A DNA stretch of 64,000 nucleotides from a virus, in the IMG/VR virus record IMGVR_UViG_3300045988_168437. One strand, given 5' to 3'. The translations under genes and the position numbers were made by a program. Below the pieces are notes generated by a model that made no database searches, was not told the origin of the DNA, and saw only the letters and a list, made by a program, of their open reading frames with translations. Below, one piece after another: positions 60,294-64,000 of the stretch; position 1 is the first letter of the stretch; each line of letters opens with the position of its first letter.

Positions 60294-60321
60294 CAATAAA
60301 AAAGCCACCATAAAAGGTGGC
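60294..60321 (-). terminator. intrinsic terminator (minus strand), about 100 nt upstream of the holin
   Basis: Reverse complement reads GCCACC-UUUUAU-GGUGGC followed by UUUUUUAUU. Confidence 0.7.
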
Positions 60322-60399
60322 AAGCTCCATAAGTGTATCTTTCTTTTTTTGGCAAGTAGGAGCAATATATGTAATAATACCATAATTACCCATGTATTT

Positions 60400-60426
60400 C
60401 AATAAAAAAATTGCATAAAGCAATTT
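60400..60426 (-). terminator. intrinsic terminator-like hairpin (minus strand)
   Basis: Reverse complement reads AAAUUGC-UUUAU-GCAAUUU followed by UUUUAUU. Confidence 0.5.
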
Positions 60427-60445
60427 AATATTTGGAATTATTTGC

Positions 60446-60479
60446 ATATATAAAACAAACCCAGATTAATTTCTAGGTT
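60446..60479 (-). terminator. intrinsic terminator-like hairpin (minus strand)
   Basis: Reverse complement reads AACCUAGA-AAUUAA-UCUGGGUU plus UGUUUUAUAU. The U-G wobble on the minus strand would be a C-A mismatch on the plus strand. Confidence 0.55.
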
Positions 60480-60744
60480 CATTTCCGTATCCTGTATGGT
60501 AAAAGTGTATATTCATATTATATTTGTCTAAATAGATTTTATGCTTTAAATTATATGTTAAAATTTTGTAAAATTGGAATATTTCTAAAGACAAAAATCA
60601 TATGCTATGATATGTGTAACGATTATATAGGGAGCGATAGCGACCGAGAGTAATCGTGAAACGGTCATATCAAGGTTATAGCAATTTAGGATATCTATGT
60701 CTTTTAAAGTCTTTTAAAATCTTTACATAGAATTATATATTTTT

Positions 60745-60772
60745 CCAGAAAAATAAGGAGATTTCTCTCCTT
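60745..60772 (-). terminator. intrinsic terminator of the ATPase gene (minus strand)
   Basis: Reverse complement reads AAGGAGA-GAAA-UCUCCUU plus AUUUUUC, immediately after the stop at 60774. Confidence 0.7.
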
Positions 60773-60773
60773 T

Positions 60774-63029
60774 TTATTTTGGTAATTTAACCACAAATGC
60801 AGAATATACTTTTTCATCACTCTTAACCAAACAGAGTGCATGAAATCTTTTCAAATTAAGGAAATCAGACTCTGTATAGCCTTCCTTGATAAATAGTTCC
60901 TTAAGTTCAAAGAAGTTTCTTATATCCGCTCCAGCAATGAGTATGAAACTCATACCACTACTTAATATTGCTTCTTTACACTTCTTATTACATTGATTAA
61001 GAAAATGCAAGCTTATTGTTGGAATAAAAGAGAATTTTCTACATTCAGTTAAAATGTCTTGGAATATGATTTGAGCAGTTGGAAATAAATTAATTTCATC
61101 AATAAATATATGAGTTTTAGTCTTGGAGCTAATTTGTTTAGCTAACCATACTTTGCTAAGATAAAATGTAGCAATTAAATCTCTTATACTTCTATTTGTA
61201 AAATCTTCTTCTCTAGCCTTTATTAATATAATTTTATTTTCATTAAGAGCTTTAACAAAATTAATATTATTTGCAGCAGATTTATTAAAAGCTAATTTAG
61301 TATATAAGTTTGTTTTTAATATACTGATTCTATCTATAATTCCATCAATTTTTGTATCATAATTTTCAACATTTCCGTTTTTATCTACTTTATCTAATTC
61401 CATTAAGTCATTTATTTCATCTTCTAATAATACCTTGTCATCGCTACTTAAACCATGTAGTAAGTCTTCTCTTGAATTAGGACTCATTAAAACTCTTATA
61501 ATGTCTTTAAAACTTGAATTTGAGTCTTTATAAAAAGATATTGTACATGCTGCATTAAAATATCTTAACATTCGTGGAGTTAATTTTGTTTCTGCATTTA
61601 TAGTATTTAAAAGCATATAAAGTTGAGATGATTTTTCCATACATTTCGCTATTTTTCTATACTTATCAGGACTATTACAGGTAAGTTCGTTAAAACAAAA
61701 TCCTTGCAGTTGATGAACATCTGAACAATCTATTTCTATTAATCTATTCTTTGGAGTTACTGCTTTAATATTTTCTGCTAATTCGCAGTCTTTTATGATG
61801 TCTAAAACTACTAAGCCATCTCCTTTTTGTATTATACTCTCTGCTAAACGAGTCATATTATTAGTTTTACCTGAACCCATTCCTCCTATTAAAACTCTTC
61901 CCAATCTACTAAAGTTTTTATCAGTAGAATAATATACTTTTTCTCCTTTTAAGGAATGTGCCATAAATAAATCTCCTGTTTTCAAAGAATTTGGAATGGC
62001 TTTATCATATATATCATTGTGTTCAATACTTTTATATTGTTTAATAATAGAATCTCCAGGTAATGCTACGAAATTAGCATCTTCATATATAGAAGTATTA
62101 AGAACTTTTACATATGGTAATACTGGTTTAGTGATGTCTATTTCTTTTTTTAATCTTTTGCTAACAAGTTCATTGTCATTACTCACTTCACTATATGTCC
62201 CTATGAGACTCTCTGCAATCGTTTTAGAGCGACTTTTGGAGTTTCCGTTAGTAGTTATTAGTATTTGTGTTTTACAAATGTCAGAATTGCTTTTATCAAG
62301 TGTCTTTTGACTTAACTTATCAAATACAACTTTTCTTTCAGTTTGTTTTATATCAAATATAAAATCTAATGTAGAGTTTATAAAATCAATACTATAATCT
62401 AATATTTTTATTACTATATTAAGGAGTTTATTAGATGTATATTTTACAGAACTTTCTTTATATTCTTTTATGAATTTTTGACAAGAAGCTTTAAAATAGT
62501 TTAGCTGCTTTTCAGAGGTAGGAATAAAATTATATAGAATGCTAACTTCTTCATCACTTTGTAAAAGTTCTATAATTGTCATATTTGCATTAAGAAGCTC
62601 ATTGTTTCTCATATCTGCATTAGTAGAGAAAAAATCTTTTTTCTTGTACATAAGTTGATATTGAATTCCATTTTCTATTAGTGGAATATTATCAAGTTCT
62701 TCTATTTCTACCGACTTCCAAACCTCTTTGAATTTTACTTTAAATTTAGAATAAAAGATTTTTGGAACAATGAAATAGAAATTAATTTTTTCTTTAGTAA
62801 TATAGACATAATAGCTAGCTTTAAGTTGCGTTTTTATTACTAATTTTTTATCTTCTATACATATTAATTTATTTAGGCTTATAAACATTTTATTGACTAA
62901 TCTTAAAATATCATGAGTTTTATTGTTTTTTATAGATTTTGTAGGAATGAGCTTAAGATAAATATATTCCTGATTTTTTATTTCAAAATATTTAGATATA
63001 GGAATACTAAGCATTTGTAATAACTCCAA
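60774..63029 (-). CDS. FtsK/HerA/TraD-like P-loop ATPase (751 aa)
   Basis: Walker A LIGGMGSGKTNN followed by GLVVLDIIKD; Walker B HIFIDEINLF; exact family not assigned. Confidence 0.65.
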   Translation of the reverse strand: MELLQMLSIPISKYFEIKNQEYIYLKLIPTKSIKNNKTHDILRLVNKMFISLNKLICIEDKKLVIKTQLKASYYVYITKEKINFYFIVPKIFYSKFKVKFKEVWKSVEIEELDNIPLIENGIQYQLMYKKKDFFSTNADMRNNELLNANMTIIELLQSDEEVSILYNFIPTSEKQLNYFKASCQKFIKEYKESSVKYTSNKLLNIVIKILDYSIDFINSTLDFIFDIKQTERKVVFDKLSQKTLDKSNSDICKTQILITTNGNSKSRSKTIAESLIGTYSEVSNDNELVSKRLKKEIDITKPVLPYVKVLNTSIYEDANFVALPGDSIIKQYKSIEHNDIYDKAIPNSLKTGDLFMAHSLKGEKVYYSTDKNFSRLGRVLIGGMGSGKTNNMTRLAESIIQKGDGLVVLDIIKDCELAENIKAVTPKNRLIEIDCSDVHQLQGFCFNELTCNSPDKYRKIAKCMEKSSQLYMLLNTINAETKLTPRMLRYFNAACTISFYKDSNSSFKDIIRVLMSPNSREDLLHGLSSDDKVLLEDEINDLMELDKVDKNGNVENYDTKIDGIIDRISILKTNLYTKLAFNKSAANNINFVKALNENKIILIKAREEDFTNRSIRDLIATFYLSKVWLAKQISSKTKTHIFIDEINLFPTAQIIFQDILTECRKFSFIPTISLHFLNQCNKKCKEAILSSGMSFILIAGADIRNFFELKELFIKEGYTESDFLNLKRFHALCLVKSDEKVYSAFVVKLPK

Positions 63030-63258
63030 TGATTATATTTAAAATTAAGTATATGCAAGGAATCATAAATGCCCATTTTTTACCTTTGTCGTAGCCAAAA
63101 ACATACAATAATAGTGCTACAAATCCTGCAACAAGGCAAACATTAAATGAAAATTTTTCAATAAGAATTAAAAGCTCATATCCAGTTTCTTTTAAACTTT
63201 CTATCGGATGTAAAAGAATATCCAATTTATCCATAACTTGCATAAATTTTTCTTCCAT
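63007..63258 (-). CDS. small membrane protein (2 TM)
   Basis: 83-aa ORF overlapping the ATPase start. Confidence 0.55.
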   Translation of the reverse strand: MEEKFMQVMDKLDILLHPIESLKETGYELLILIEKFSFNVCLVAGFVALLLYVFGYDKGKKWAFMIPCIYLILNIIIGVITNA

Positions 63259-63271
63259 AACTTTCTCTCCT

Positions 63272-63658
63272 TTACATTTTTATCATTGAAAATAATTTTG
63301 GGTAAAATGTTAAAAGTATATATATCAAAAAGTATTGGATTCCTGCTGTTGTAGCTTGACGGAAGTCTGCTCCTTGCAATGCATTTTCTATAATGCTTTT
63401 AATCCCCATGCACATGCAACCATATTGTGCAAATATCATTAATAAATCGAGTATTTGATTTGCTACATTTGATATTTCAGCTTCAGTTGTTATTCCATAA
63501 GAAATAAATCCTTTATGCATAAATATAGCTATTAAAATAATAATTTTTTTATATTCTACTTTACTTAGGCTATTAAGAAACTTTTCAACAATAATATATT
63601 TACTAATATTTTCATTTTCTATCATTTGTTTATATTCTGAAAATGTATAAGATTTCAT
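63272..63658 (-). CDS. membrane protein (about 3 TM)
   Basis: 128-aa ORF, SD aaggagg (reverse complement of 63666-63672). Confidence 0.6.
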   Translation of the reverse strand: MKSYTFSEYKQMIENENISKYIIVEKFLNSLSKVEYKKIIILIAIFMHKGFISYGITTEAEISNVANQILDLLMIFAQYGCMCMGIKSIIENALQGADFRQATTAGIQYFLIYILLTFYPKLFSMIKM

Positions 63659-63739
63659 GTATAATTTACCTCCTTTTGGCTATACTAAAAAATAAAACGA
63701 GGTGATATAACAATGGGTGAAGCTTTATTTTGGTTTGGA

Positions 63740-63928
63740 CTATCTTTTGCTTTCAACTGCTTGCGTAGTTTGATTTAGCTCTGAATACATTTTCTCTCTT
63801 AAAACATATTTGATATAGGCACTCTTATTCCCATATGCAGAAAATTTTTCTTCTAACCAGGAATATAAAAGAGTGTCTTCCATATTATTCTTGAAACTTA
63901 CCTCAAACGATTTTTTATTTTTACGCAT
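63740..63928 (-). CDS. ribbon-helix-helix-like small DNA-binding protein
   Basis: KKSFEVSF (beta strand) followed by two predicted helices; SD aaggaggt upstream; fold assignment by pattern only. Confidence 0.45.
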   Translation of the reverse strand: MRKNKKSFEVSFKNNMEDTLLYSWLEEKFSAYGNKSAYIKYVLREKMYSELNQTTQAVESKR

Positions 63929-64000
63929 GAATTTTACCTCCTTTTACTGTCTTTTAATAAAAAATATGTAAAAGTACTGAAAAATATTCCAAAAAAAAAT

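Noticed and set aside
60604-60682. Hammerhead or other known ribozyme or riboswitch in the GC-richer element (contains CGUGAAACGGUC)
   Set aside because: There is no CUGANGA core on either strand and no room for a stem III between GAAA and GUC. I could match no known aptamer consensus by eye. It is reported only as an unassigned structure.
63713-63778. Plus-strand 21-codon ORF (MGEALFWFGLSFAFNCLRSLI) with a strong SD GAGGTGA, antisense to the 3' end of the RHH-like gene
   Set aside because: It is isolated on the opposite strand of a minus-strand operon with no visible promoter, and it is too short to evaluate. It could be a type I toxin-like peptide, but the evidence is insufficient to call it.

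Overview
AT-rich 64-kb window that reads as a large phage or phage-plasmid from a low-GC Gram-positive or Fusobacterium-like host. Positions 1-58.7 kb form one densely packed plus-strand block. It is driven by many near-consensus sigma70 promoters (TTGACA-17-TATAAT) and carries early/middle functions. Replication: two Rep-like initiator paralogs with iteron arrays, a DnaB-type helicase, a Toprim primase, a DnaE-type Pol III alpha, a RecJ-like DHH exonuclease and a RuvC-like resolvase. Recombination: ERF annealase and an SSB ending in DDDIPF. Nucleotide metabolism: NrdD/NrdG, dUTPase, a guanylate-kinase-like dNMP kinase and a divergent ThyX-like protein. Other functions: a very large split multispecific C5-cytosine methyltransferase, a sigma factor, a Bro-N antirepressor, three tyrosine-recombinase-like genes, a solo TnpB, TerD and TerF-like vWA proteins, an ADP-ribosylglycohydrolase and a macrodomain protein. 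From 58.9 kb the orientation flips to the minus strand: amidase endolysin, holin, a 751-aa FtsK/HerA/TraD-like ATPase and small membrane proteins. The most unusual feature is the first 2.65 kb. There, eight small genes are separated by four self-cleaving ribozyme motifs: two type II hammerheads with a loop I/stem II pseudoknot and two twisters. Each pair shows compensatory base changes between its copies. Other non-coding signals are a three-member family of about 105-135 nt sRNA genes (two in tandem inside the iteron region, one inverted at 58.7 kb), intrinsic terminators placed inside 5' leaders directly after consensus promoters, and a 580-bp non-coding region upstream of the lysis cassette. 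All functional calls come from motif recognition by eye. No database search was run.
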